Positions 24,201-39,635 are shown, counted from the first letter of the stretch. The stretch is DNA of 64,000 nucleotides from Oikopleura dioica (GCA_907165135.1 OU015569.1:186001-250000), one strand, 5' to 3'. The notes: a model not told the origin generated them from the letters alone. A program made the numbers and translations.

Positions 24201-25956
24201 AGGTGTAGATCTTGAGGTTGTCCACAATGTAGAAAGCGCTCGTCGTTAGGAGCATTTCTTGCTTTTTCGAGTTTCAGAAAAGAATGGAAAATTCAATAAG
24301 GGTGTCACTTCGTTAATTTAAAAATTTAAAACTCGACCTTCATGGCTTTGCCTTCGCCGAGTTTCTTGTTGTCTTCGACGCAATACAGCGCTGGTGGCTG
24401 AAATTAAGGATACAAAGAAGGATATTAAAATATACAGTGCACACGGTGCGCGGCGCATATTGTGGAGCGGACACGTACGCCTTGTGATAAGGTTTCGATA
24501 AGGCAATTAAGGTGGCCGAGCATGGCTGATTGAAAATCCGCACGGTCGACTCATTTGCATAATACTTTTACAGCGAACACAGGAGTCTGACAGAATTTTT
24601 CAGAAGTCGAAACTTGTCTTTTTTCTAGCTTTTTTTAAGAATTTTTTGAATCCCTAATTTTATTCCGTCACCCGTGTAACCATGGTGTTTTCTTTTGTAA
24701 AGAAGCATTTGATCATCTAAAACTCAAAACAGCAAGATTTCCAAAATCAAGCAGAAAGTGATATTATGGCGCTTACACCCTTATTTCTGATCGGGTTAGA
24801 CTTGCTTAGCTTTGACTTACTTTGGAAGCAGATGCCTTTTCGAACTCGACGTCGTCAGTTCCGGGCGCGTACGTGTCTGGAAGCGGGCCCAGACATTCTA
24901 GGAGCATCGTTTCATTATTCAATCATGTTATTCAGTCAACTATTTGCTATTCCAGCCACATACCAATAAGAGCCTCGTGGGATCTTCCTTGTTCGACAAT
25001 CACCTTCTTCGGCCGCCCCGTTTTCGCCGCCATATCCGCCAAGGTCTGGCAAGCCTTGAGCTTTTCGAATCGATTGGCGGCCTTGCCGTTCCACTGAACA
25101 AGCCAGTTCTTGTATTCGAGGATGAAAACGTCGCCCTCGTTGAAGCTCTCCCACTTGATGTCCACTTCTTTCGAAAGAATTTTTCAAAAAATTTTCGCAA
25201 TAAATCAATTTCGGCTCGGCAACCTGTGTAGAAAACCTGAGTCAGGGTCTGAAAGATCATAAATGAAAAGCCGCGTAGCGGCTTTTAAGAACGAAGCCGC
25301 AAAGCGGCTTCGCCAGAATTTAAAAGCAGTAAGTTTTCGAAGCCGCTTTGCGGCTTTGTTTCAAAAGCCGCTACGCGGCTTTTCATTTTAGATCTTTCAG
25401 ACCCTGACTCATGTTTTTACTCAGGCTGCCGAGTTCTACATTTTTTGAATTTAAAAACTCTGGCTTGAAGCCTGGGGCGTCGTTTTCCTTTGACTTGGTA
25501 GAGCGTTTTCTGAGTGTTTTCGTTTGGATTGATCTTTTTGAATTTTCCGGCGACGCCGCCTTTCTTGTAACGAACGCCGTTGGCGAAGAGGCCCATGAAC
25601 TTTTCCGACTCATGGTTCTGCGTTTCTCTGTACTGGACGGGCTCTCCGCCGAACCAGTCGTCCAAGTGCGTCGCCCAAATCGCCGCCGCTCCTCTTTCAT
25701 CGACGGAGGACTCTTCGCCCAGCCAGAAGTGGATGCGCCGCTCAGTGCCAGCTAAAGCAGCGCTGAAAATAAATAGACAACTCGAAAACGCACCTCGTTT
25801 CTCGATCGTCTTGAGAATAATGTAGGAATCGCCGCTGAAGAAGACGCCGTAGTCGTCGGTTTTCACCTCGGCCATTTCCATATTCTCGATGCGCCAGATT
25901 TGGGTGCCAGCTTCTTTCTTGACATTTTTGAACTTTTCGTCCAAAATGTTCGACAT
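18292..25956 (-). CDS. Gelsolin/villin-family actin-binding protein, six gelsolin repeats, no villin headpiece
   Basis: About 16 exons carry repeat motifs QIWRIE..FFSGDSYII..IHFWLG, WESFNEGDVFILE..QWNG, FYGGDCYII..YFWLG, LNSNDIFILV..WMWKGKG and KLFVCSDASG..YVWLGKK, ending EPLAFKGFFQGWDDKY..KNAL*. Requires a +1 nt repair at 18935-18939. The G3-G4 linker exons are unresolved. Confidence 0.9.
22529..22742. mobile_element. hAT-like MITE with internal (AGCTC)n array
   Basis: TIR CAGAGTTGCAAATTTT(T)G. Exact 8-bp target duplication GTGCTCGG at 22521-22528 and 22743-22750. Confidence 0.85.
23580..23945. repeat. Tandem repeat, about 132 bp unit, more than 2 copies, built on TTAAGGGTAT motifs
   Basis: Visible recurrence at ~23580, ~23712 and ~23847. 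Confidence 0.7.
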
Positions 25957-28019
25957 GCTCCTGAGCTCGAGATTTTCAAACAAAACTCTACAGAATCGAA
26001 GAAATATAAGACCATCTCTTATGGAGCTCACCCTGTGTGGAAAACCTGAGTCAGGGTCCTGGAAAAGCTTGAATTCAAGAATCGAGCCGTCTTTCTGAAC
26101 CCTGACTCAGGCTTTGCACAGGTTGGCGAGCTTAGATCAAAGATACTCAGGGCTCGGCAACCTGTGTAGAAAACCTGAGTCAGGGTTTGAAAAATCTTCA
26201 GCGAAAAGCCTCAAAATTTGCTTTCAGACCCTGACTCAGGTTTTAACACAGGTCGCCGAGCCAAGAGTATCTTTGATCTAAGCTCGGCAACCTATGCAAA
26301 AACCTGAGTCAGGGTTCAAGAAGACGGATCTATTCTTAAATTCAACCTTTTTCAGGACCCTGACTCAGGTTTTTTCCACACAGGTTCCCGAGCCCAGATG
26401 AGTGCTGTCTGTAGATTTATTTTGATTTTATTCGTTTAATCGTAAATCTCTGTTCCTTGTTTCTTTCTGGAAAGTGGAGAAAGAAGAAGTGGCCTCCTAG
26501 AAAGTAATTTTGATTTATATATGGCACGTGGGGGCAGTTGTAAATGCATTAAAAGGCCCTTCCCTCGCGCAATTATATTTTCGTCTTCAGACAAGGAGCA
26601 ACAAACAGCCGGTAGTAAACTGCGCTTCCTTCGCCTGGAAAGCCGTTTATAACCGTCTTTATTCCCGCTTTTGACCGAGTTGATAAGTTTACCTAGCGAT
26701 AATTATTTATCAAACGAATACGGAAGAAGCGTTATAAATTTAAAATGATTCACACCCTCATTTCCTCATTGGGCTCGGCAACCTGTGTAAAAACCTGAGT
26801 CAGATTCTGAAGAGCTAAAATGAAAAGCCGCGTAGCGGCTTTTAAAACAAAGCCGCGCTTCAATCACTCTTATCGATTTTGCGACTTAGTTTTAAAAAGC
26901 CGCTACGCGGCTTTTCATTTTGGCTCTTCAGAACCCTGACTCAGGTTTTCAAATACAGATTGCGGGAAAAATATTGCTTGATATTTACTGTTCCGAAAAA
27001 TACTTCTGTTGCATATTCTTTCTCGAAAAAGCAAACATGAAAAATTAAATAAAAATTTCAATTGAATCGTCGAAATTGTCGAAATTCGTTGAATTGCTTA
27101 TGACTGCTAATTATCGGTGATTTTAGCGTCTTTTGTTCGGAGATCAACAGTTTGTTCAGCCAGCTTTCCGTTCTACTTTGACGCACTTTTACTGTATTTA
27201 CCAATACTGTATTGCCAGTCTGGGCTCGGAAGCCTGTGTGGAAAACCTGAGTCAGGGTCTGAACGAGCTGAAATGAAAAAGCCGCTTCGGGGCGTCTTTT
27301 ACTTCAGCTTTTGAGAACCCTGACTCAGGATTTCTACACAGGTTCAACTATTGGCTTGCCAACCTGTGTGAAATACCTGAGTCAGGGTTCTCAAAAGCTA
27401 AAATAAAAAGGAGCCCCGAAGCGGCTTTTTCATTTCAGCTCTTTTAGAACCCTGACTCAGGATTTCCACACAGGTTGCCGAGCCCAGATTGGCAATACAG
27501 TATCGTACAACAATTTCTGTACCTTTTTGTTTTCAGGACTCGCCATAATTAGCGCTTCTTTTTATTATTTTTGACGAGTCGTCAAATCAAATAAAAAACT
27601 GGAAAAAATAACGTTTTAAAATTTAAAAGCTCTAGTTTTTTTCTATTTTCTCACAGTGAGTTTGTAACTGAGATTGAAATGAAAAAAATGAATCGCAGAG
27701 TTGAAACAAGCAAGCCCCATGCTGTTAATCATACATAAAAGGATCATCTTAAGAGACGATCAAATTCAAAAAAACTAGTCAACCCGAAAAATTTTCTTGG
27801 CACGCGCTACAGGTGCAGCAGAAACAACTTAATAACTTGGGATTTGCTGATTCACGCTCTTATGCCATTTTTCCCGGTCTTTCGCTTTTTGTCGCTGGAA
27901 AATCGAAGGTTAGATCGGAGAATTAAGGGTACCCAGCGCGCTATCTTGACCTTCTCTTTATTCGCATAAAATTTGTTCAATGAAAGGAGTTCTCCTTTTT
28001 ATCGGTGAAAAATGACTAA

Positions 28020-28735
28020 CTTAAGGGGGTAGACATTCGTATTCGCAATTTTTGTTCCGAATAAGTTAAGATAGTGATACCCTTATTTCAAGTTTCTAGA
28101 GAGAATCTCAATACTTTATCTATCTTGCCCGAAGCATGGTAATTTCAGATTATTGATGGCCACCCCTTAAATTTGACAAGAAATAATTTGCTGTGACCGT
28201 TAAGATTGTGATACCCTTAAGAATAAGAGAGAACTTTCATAAAAGAAGTTCTCCTTTTTCTTTGTAAAGAAATAATTTAATTCAGAGGGTAGACTTTCAT
28301 ACTCCCAATTTTTCCTCAGAATAAGTTAAAACAGTGATACCCTTATTTCAATTTTCAAAAATCTCTATCCTATGTCTTTTTTGTCAGAAGGGCCTTAATT
28401 TCAGATTATCAATGGCTACCCCCTTAATTTTTCGAGAAATAAGATGCTGTGGCCCTTAAGACTGTGATACCCTTAAGAATCAGAAAGAACTTTCATAAAA
28501 GAAGTCCTCCTTAATCCTCGGCGAAGAAATAATTAAATTAAGGGCGTAGACTTTCATACTCGCAATTTTTCCTCAGAATAGGTTAAAATAGTGATACCCT
28601 TATTTTATTTGCTAAAAGAATGTCTCAATCCTTTATCTTGTCTGAAGGGCCTTAATTCTAGATTATCAATGGCTACCCCTTAATTTCGTCAAGGAATAAG
28701 ATGATGTGACCCTTAAGATTGTGATACCCTTAAGA
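28020..28735. repeat. Tandem repeat, about 257 bp unit, about 2.8 copies
   Basis: The unit GGGTAGAC..AATAAGTTAA..AGTGATACCCTTATTT..CCCCTTAA..GTGATACCCTTAAGAAT recurs three times. Confidence 0.8.
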
Positions 28736-30090
28736 ATGTTCTTCTCTCAACTAAATTTAGCCTTATAAAAATCCCAAAAATTGTGAAAAAATCGTCAAAA
28801 ACTCACCTTTAGATCGCAACTCTTCCGAATCTAAATACGAATGAGCGATCAAACGAATACAATTTCCACGCAAGTGCCACAAGATCCATTAGAGGCCGTA
28901 AAACCTTCTGACCTTTTAACATCTTTTCCGTAAAAATCAAAATGTTTATTTATCGTTAGCATTTTGCATTGGAAGTCTGCTCGTATATTTCCGCCCTGGT
29001 CCTGTCCGCCGCGATTTCGATTTACTTCCGCCGCCCGGGAAAACAAGTGCCATTAAAAAACTGCTCTGCTCTAGGCTCGGCAACCTGTGTTAAAAATCTG
29101 AGTCAGGGTCTGAAAGATCTTTAATCCAAGATTTCTCAGACCCTGACTCAGGTTTTCTACACAGGTTGCCGAGCTCAGAAGATCCCTTTTTCTGTATACA
29201 AATTGAACTTCAATTATTGAAGTGATAGTGCGATTTTCCGTGGAACTGGGAGGATCTATCTCCGAGGTTGTATTCAAATTTATGCGGCTGGTGCTAGAAG
29301 AAAGGAAGGCTAAGCTACGTGCGCGGCGAGTGCGATAGAAGTGCCTCGACTTCCGGAAGTTTTGAGCTCTCTTCTGACTTTAGAAGCTGGAAAGAGCACT
29401 GCCGAGCAGCGCTAACGCCTCTAAAATAAGCTCTAGAAGACGCTTATCTTATCAGCAGTAGTTACCGCTCCCTGACCGCATCATTATGAAGGTCAGCTCT
29501 TAATTCTTTCAGCCAGGCCATTCCGAAAACACTCGCGAGTACTTCCGCTCTACTCCTCCGAAACACAAGAACATTACTGTTTTTGCTTGGAAGCCTGTGT
29601 AGAAAAACCTGAGTCAGGGTCTCAAAATCTCAAATGAAAAGTCGCATAGCGGCTTTTTCAAACGAAAGCCGCAAAAAGCGGCTTCGCAAAATCATCTTTC
29701 AAATTATTTTCAGACCCTGACTCAGGTTTTCAACACAGGTTTTTCTTGTTAAAAATCATCAGTTCGATTTTTGCGCGCGTGGCTGGATTATGTCAATTCT
29801 GCGACGGGGCAAGGGCTAGTTCTTCAACGGCCGAGTCTCGGATGGAAGGGATGACAAAGTGCCCCACATGAGAGCAGCGACTTGACAGCTACATGAGTCG
29901 CTTGTTCCGCTACGGCCATAAAGGTCGGGTCATGCTTTTCGAAGAAAAATCGATTTTTTGAAAAATTCTTGATGAAAATTTATTTGTAAAAAATCGAGCG
30001 AGATCAAGATCACCAAGCGTTAGTACAGAAAACCGGACACGAGCGGGTGTGTTACAGTAACTAATCTTTACATGATGATTTTTTGAAGAG

Positions 30091-32471
<2,381 letters not shown>

Positions 32472-33859
32472 TTTCTCTGTTTTTCCCTTTTTATGAGCTA
32501 TTTATGAGTAAAAAAAGGTTGTTGTATTATTTTGATATTTTGCGTATCCGTTTCGGCGAATGAGAAAGTCGAGCGGCTCCTTTTGTGGATCAACGCAGCG
32601 CTGCCGCCATGTGGAGACAACGAAGAAACCAGTTTTCAAGTTCGGACGTGCCCGGTTTTCAGGCGAAAAAATCAATCATCGGCAGAAATAATTTCGATGG
32701 TTCGGTTGGAGGTCGATTACTATCACAGAAAAAGCAGGTGTTAGGCCTGTAAAGTGGGCTGTACTGGCGCATAAAAAGGCCAAGATTCGAGATTTCTTTT
32801 ATATTTTTGAAAATGAATCTTTTCTACCTTCACTTAATCCTATGGTCGGCAATTGATCTTATTGCCAACAAATTTATTGAAAATGTTAAATAAAAATAAA
32901 TTTACGTGATCAAATCTGAGAGTCGCATGGAGAACAAGTTTCGCTAATTCGAAAAGAAAACGGTCCAAAACCCGGCAAACCGATCAAATTGAAGCGTGAA
33001 CTTGAAATGCCAAAAACGCCGGCAACAAGTTCAAGCAAAACGGGAGAGCGTTCGATCGATAATGCCTCCAGGCACGTGCCCTATTAATGCGCAAACGATG
33101 TGCTTTTAATTGATAGCTCCTGGATCCCTCCAATTTGGAAGAAGATTTCCAAAATTATTTATTAAAAATCGAGAAGCCGCTTGCGGCTTCGAGCCAAAGC
33201 ATCATTAAAGCCGCGCGAAGCGCGGCTTTTGATATTTTTAAGCTCGAAGCCGCAAGCGGCTTCTCGATTTTAATAAATAATTTTGGAAATTTTCGAGCCA
33301 AAAATATCAAGCGCGGCTATAATGATTCTTTAGCTCGAAGCCGCAAGCGGCTTCTCCATTTTTAAAAATCAATTTTGACGGAAAAGAAGCTAGAAAAAAT
33401 GAGTTGTGATTTTCGCTAGGTGGGAAAGAGGGGAGCCAGGCTTCGAAAAGTGCTTGTGACAGAGTGTTAATGAGCACTTTAATAAAATTCCCTTATGAGA
33501 AGGAGAGAAAGAGAGAGAGAAAGAGATGATAAGATAAAACGCAAAGTATTCTTTTTTTACTTTCTTGAATTTTCGCTAGAAATTGATTTCGCTAGAGAAA
33601 GGAACTTTTGAATGGAAGAAACGATCGACGAAGTAGAACAATTTTGCCAGGGTCGGATCGCCCAAGCAAGAGATACGAAATTAAGAGAACTTTTGGGCAT
33701 CTTCGGAAAAGCCAGTTTGTTGGAAATGATAACGGAAGCAAGTGGTCAGATGTTCAGTACAAAGGCAGACCGATAAGGAAGGCACAAAAATAACCTTTTG
33801 GGAGGAAATTGAATAAGGGTTTGAACCTTCTTTTCGCGAAAGAAAATAAGGGTATCACT

Positions 33860-36265
33860 ATGATGAAATTAAAAACTTCACTTGAGGCAAATTTTCATAA
33901 AATTTTTTTCGTGCTCAGAAGAAAGAGCGGAAAATTCTGAGTCGAATGGGCTAGAATCTAGCATATAAATTTCGTTCGAAAACCCAAAGCGAACGCGAAG
34001 CGAAAGCGAAAAATTTTTCCAGCCAAAAGCGAAGCGAAAGCGAAGCGAACGCCTATCTTGCACAGCGAAGCGAAAGCGAATTCGCCAAGCAAAAATTCGC
34101 CAAAAGCGAAAATTCGCCAGGACTGAAAATTCGCCAAGAGGGAAAATTCGCCAAAAGCGAAAATTCGCCGAAAGCGAAAATTCGCCAAAGCGAATATTCG
34201 CCGAAAGCGAAATTTCGCCGAAATTGAAAGATATTGAAAGAAATTTGAATAGAACGCGATTTTATAAGACCAAAGTTCGACCCAGAAGCTGAGCTTTCAG
34301 TTGAGCCGTTTCCCGCTACTCAAAAATTCGATTGAAGAGATCTAGTTCCGATTTCGGAACTTCCGGTCCCATGAATGGCTTGACCCTTTGATATGGGATA
34401 CCTGTCCGAATGAAAGCTCTAGAAAAGTAGGGCGGGGGTGGGGTATCTGGGGAGCTAGGGGCTCTTTAAGTTAGGGAACTCGAAAAATGTACACGATTTG
34501 AATTCTTTTAATCGACGTTTATTCATTTATAAGTGTTTAAGATGTCGTTTGGGGTCAACTGAGGTCACTCTAGGTCAAGAATAATTGAAAATTCAGAAAA
34601 CTCTGATAAGTGACCCGACCTGACCTCAGATGACCCCAAATGACAACTTCAACATTTTTAAATGAATTAAAATCGACAAAAAGACTTTTGGAAAAAGTAC
34701 TCAATTTTTGCCGAGTTCTCCGACTGCAAGAGCCTAGAATTGGGCAATTTTTCTTATCACAGCCCTACCTAGCTCCCAAGATACCCCATCCCCTCACCAC
34801 TTTTCTAGAGCTCAAAATGACAGCCAGAGCCTAGATCGAGTATAGGTGGCAGCCCCTAAAAGTCATTTCCGAAGTTGGCCAGATTTTGGGACTTCGGAGC
34901 TGGGGTCGGCAAAAATTTGTGGAAATGGTGGGGCCCTAACGCTAACCCAACCTACCCACCACCCTCAAGTCTCAAAAATCTGAAATGGTGGGAAGTGGTG
35001 GGAAAGATTTTTCGGCCAAACTTTTTGGCGAAATCTTTCAAAAAGATCAGTTTCTGTTGGTTAAAAATGACCGAAGAATCGGTGTAATCAACTCCTATTC
35101 TATAAATTTTGGGGTCAAAAACGCTTACGAAAAAATCCACCACCCACCCACCATTCACCCACCACCACTACCTTAAAGTACCCACCACCACCCACCCCCA
35201 CCAGTGAAAATTTGATTTTCTTGTCAACCCACCCACCTCCACCAACGGTTGGTGACGAACCATCGCTTGGTGGCTTGCCGACCCCAGCTTCGGAGGTACC
35301 TAAATGCCCTCAGATAACCCCCACCTATCAGTAGCAAAATGATCCCCAGCTTCTAGGTGTTCTAAAACTGTATTAAACCCTACTAAGCTAGAAAAAGAGC
35401 TCAATTATAAGTGATTTCCCTATTTATACCGCTTTGAAAGACAAAAGTAAGATTCGGCCAAATATTGGCGAAAGCGAACTCTTGGCGAAAGCGAGAATTT
35501 GGCGAAATTTTGGCGAAAGCAAACTCCTGGCGAAAGCGAGGCCTTGGCGAAAGCGAAATTTTGGCGAAGATTTGCCAGAAGCGAAAATTTGGCGAAAGCG
35601 AGGCCTCGGCGAAAGCGAATTTTTGGCGAAAATCGGGGACAAAAAGCGAAAGCGAAGCGAACATCAGGGGTGTCATTTTTCGGGGGCGAAAGCGAAATTT
35701 TCGATTCGCCTTCGCTTCGCTTTCGCTTTTGGCGAAAATCGCCAAGCGAATTAATATGCCTGGGCTAGATTTGACCCGAAAATTTTGACTTTTTGACCAC
35801 AAAAATTGCGTAACAAAGTCCAGATTAGGGCATTTTTGGTAAACTTTTGGGGAACTTTTAAGGGGTTTCCGTTGGACTTATTCGACGTTCTATAGCTCAA
35901 AAGAATCGCCGTCGAAAATTGAGGGGGTTTTAAAGGGTTTTGAAAAAACTCAAGAAAAATTTTTGACCATTTTTCGACCGGTCGGTTTGAAGGTGTTTCT
36001 CTTGGAATTTTTCAAAATCCGCGAAAACCCCCTCAATTTTCGACGGCGATTCTTTTGAGCCCAAGAACGCCGAAAAATTCCATCGGAAACCCCTTCAAAA
36101 GCTCCCCAAACGATTTTTAGGGAAAATGAGTCATAATGACGTCATTTGATAAAATTATAGAGCCGGAAGTAGACCATTCGACTCAGAATTTCATCCTCTT
36201 TCATATTAGCCAATAAAAATTTTTTGAAAAATTTCGCCTCAAGTCGACTTTTTTAATTTCATCTA
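33860..36265. mobile_element. Foldback-like element with long inverted arms containing tandem subrepeats
   Basis: 33880-33955 is the reverse complement of ~36165-36244. GCGAAAGCGAA/TTCGCC arrays at 33985-34225 and, inverted, at 35455-35745. Internal palindromes at ~34410-34815, ~34885-35295 and ~35865-36110. Confidence 0.65.
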
Positions 36266-36605
36266 TGTTAACTTCTGGAAAAATTCTTCGTAGAAAATCG
36301 AGAAATATTGAGTGTTTATTATTCGATTTTCTAAGAAGAATTTTCTCCCGAAGTTAAGATATGAGTGATACCCTTAATTTATTTCTTGAATAGAAGGCTC
36401 ACACCCTTATTTAACTTGTCTGAAGGGTACAACAAGTTAGATAAGGGTGTGGGCCTTCTATTCATGAAATAAAATAAGGGTATCACTATCTTAACTTCAA
36501 CTTCAAATTTTCAATGAAATTTTTCAGAAAAATTTCAATAAAAGTTTTCCTGCTATGCTAAAATTACCAATTTATTTGTTAAAAAACATGGTTTTTCATC
36601 ACTAG

Positions 36606-37039
36606 AATTGAGTTTGCGATTACCTTCCTTATCAAAATTGAGACGAATAACTTTGTGGTGCGGCGCCTTTTTGGATGCAGTGAAAGTCGACTACGACATC
36701 AAACTAGGAATCGGCTCGCAAAAGCACGGAACCGGCCGAGACCACCAAAGGTTTCTCTTTTTCCTCCTTTTTTCCCTTAATTTTTTGATTGAAGACAAAA
36801 CGTTCACATTCATCAAGGCGATCATGTGCAGCAGGTAACGGGAAAGACATGCGACTTCTACGGGCAAGTGATTTTGACAGGAAGGGACGCGATGAGTTAA
36901 TTCTTTTTCTTCCTTCGACCAGTTCAAAAGGATTAACCTGGCTGGCAGCGAGTTATCACGTCACGGCAGAGGTTCGCATTCACACCGAGCAGGGACGCGT
37001 CTACGGCCCTTTCGGCAACTACGACGAGCCAGAACGGTA
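36606..37039 (+). CDS. Jacalin-like (beta-prism) lectin domain gene; 5' end and C-terminus uncertain
   Basis: Three spliced segments give RITLWCGAFLDAVKVDY..KHG / VHIHQGDHVQQVTGK..FYG / VRIHTEQGRVYGPFG, resembling jacalin motifs. The second intron uses a GCAAGT donor. A downstream FHGR motif is out of frame, so this may be a pseudogene. Confidence 0.55.
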
Positions 37040-38845
37040 AGGAACAACTATCAGAGCTCTTCCACGGGCGTTTATGGCAGTTCGATAAATTTTTATTGAA
37101 GCGCCCAATCATGCGCTAGTGAGAATTTAACCCATCGTTGGTGACTTGTAAAAAATAGAAAGAGGACTTTGAACTTGATTTACACTTGTAACAAGCAAAG
37201 TAGGCCAATTCTCTCTCTTTCTCCCTATCTGATGTCGGAACAAGGATAGTTCGGTCTGCGGCCGATTGTTATCGCTGAAAAAATACAGGTGGATTTGATG
37301 CGTAAAACGCCAATATAAAGGGAAAAATTGAGGAATTTCCATAGTTTTAAAAATGAAACAATATCATTCGGAAGCATATCGGCTTGTTGGTCCACCCATC
37401 GGTTAGAAGATATGATAATTAAAATATTTAAGTTCTTCTTTGTCTACTTTTAACATGCTCCAACAAAATGAATCTTAACCTATCAACGATGTATATGTCA
37501 CACGGGAAAATGGTAGTTATCACTTTTTCTGAAATTTTCACTGTAGGCATAATTTGACCCGCTGATTCCAAAAATACAAAAATCAGAGGCGCTGGTCAAA
37601 GTTTTGGTGGTGCGGCGCGCGCTGTCTTGACGCATTTGGTGCAAGGGTGATTTTTCAGTGAAAATTTCCCAAAATAGTTTTCTATAGGTTTTTGAACATG
37701 GTGAACACGATACTCATAGTTATTTTGGCTAAATAAGAGTTATTATTAAACATCTGTATCTTACAACATATCATATGTTACATATGCGACTCTGAATTCT
37801 CTGGAAAAAATAAGAATAGTCTGCTTTGACTTCTTTGTTAAATCTCTGAAAGTTTGGATTCCTTCTCCCGAAGGAATATGCTCTTTTACTTTTGTTAATC
37901 TTGACCCTTGTTGCAAACCGATGTTCAGAAACTAATTGACAATTAGCTTTTTTCGGAATTTTCGATGGTAAGTCACATTATTTACAATGAAATTATCATA
38001 TTGGAATCGGAAATCTCCCAATAATTGCATCGAACCACTTTATTTCGTCACCTTCCACAGAAAGGTTCGGACTGCTCTCCGGGGGAGTGAGTAAATATGC
38101 GCGTTTTCAGCCCAGGCGGTGACCCCGTGCGCGACTCCAGCGCCCGCGCAATGCCAGAAAGTTCTAGTTAAATGCAGATTTCCGGGTGTCCTACCAGATC
38201 CTGCTATTCCAAAATTTGAGAGGTGATTACTAAGTGCCTAAAGTTTATCATATTCGAAAATGAAGAGTGTGCTAAAGTGTGATCAGTGTTTGGGAGGCGA
38301 TTTTCCGAAAAAATTCCCCGATTTTCGCCATTTTTCAACATTAACTTAAATTATAATTCTAAATTATTAATGTACACCTTCGATTTGGTACTATCTGTGA
38401 GTTTCATGAAAAAATATAGACAAATAGTGAAGATAAAAATCGCGGTGAGAAGGCGTTCCGAGCCCCGCGCGCTCCCGTGAAAAACCCTATATATGTGACT
38501 TCGCTGGTATGAATATTGAAATAAATTGTTTCATATAATCTTTTAAATATTTCTTGTCGATTTGCAAGTGGTCTGTTCTGAGTTCGATTCTTATCACTGT
38601 GAAATCAAGTTGATTTTGGGCCTCAGCACGTGACTCCATGGCACATAAAACACCCAGAATCGACAATTTTTTTATCTAAAAAATTTTATTCTACAAAATG
38701 AAACAATTATTGAACAATTCGTGAAATGACTTATTAAGAAAATTTTGCTAAAATGAAACTTTTAAATTGGAACACCTTAGATTCGACATGTGAGACTAAG
38801 ATTCAATCTGAGAAATACACAATCGAATACTTCATGATCTAATAA

Positions 38846-39635
38846 ATGAGCCCGAAAAATTCCAAGTCGTTTTGTTCCTCACAAACAGTCCAAATTATCT
38901 CTTATAAACCAAATTCTAGTGAGCTGACTCCCTTCGCAGTCGGCGGCCCCCACTGCCGCTTGCAATATCTCGACGGCAAGTGCGAGCGCAACGACAAAGA
39001 AGAGTGGATCACCCAGCTCGGCTTCAACTGGGAATTCTTGCTCGAAGACGAAAGCTACTACACTGGCATGTCTACCTTTTCCTCGCGAGCGCCTTCCAGT
39101 TTTCAGATGGATTTGCTCGGAGACAACACGACGAAGAAGGGACTTTATCAGTGCATCAGCACCACTTCCGTCGGAAATCTGAGCCACTCGGAAGAAAGCA
39201 GCCTCAATCAAAGGTTCAAAAAGCCACCCATATTATTCTATGAATTCTAGTGATCCGAAAATGCTGGCGGAAATGCTGCTAAAACAGATCCGCTGCGAGG
39301 GCCAGCAAATCCGCCAAGACATAGAGCGACACAAACAGAACTACCTCTCCATAAGCAACAACCCTCAAAGCAGCCCCCTCAAAGCAGATCTCAACAGCAA
39401 AGCTCCAATCTGCAAGCTTTGCCTCCAAGTCGACGGCGCCAAAGTCGCTCTCATATGCCAAGGCTGCCAATTTTCAATTTTCACAATTTTCATCAATTTT
39501 AAAATGTAAATTTTTGCCAACCTTGAAAACAGCGGTCACATAATCTGCCGGAGCTGCTACGATGATTTGCAAATGAGCGACTGTACTAAATGCGGAAGAA
39601 CGATAGACAGACAAAAATCTATTCTGCTGAAATAA
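38846..39635 (+). CDS. Protein with C-terminal C3HC4 RING finger
   Basis: Exons ~38846-39212, ~39251-39457 and 39533-39635. RING reads CKLC-x11-CGH-IICRSC-x8-CTKC. The last junction is non-canonical as assembled. Confidence 0.65.

Noticed and set aside
39150-39185. GLYQCIST resembling an Ig-domain F-strand motif
   Set aside because: The rest of an Ig fold pattern is not evident, and the motif is too short to support a call.
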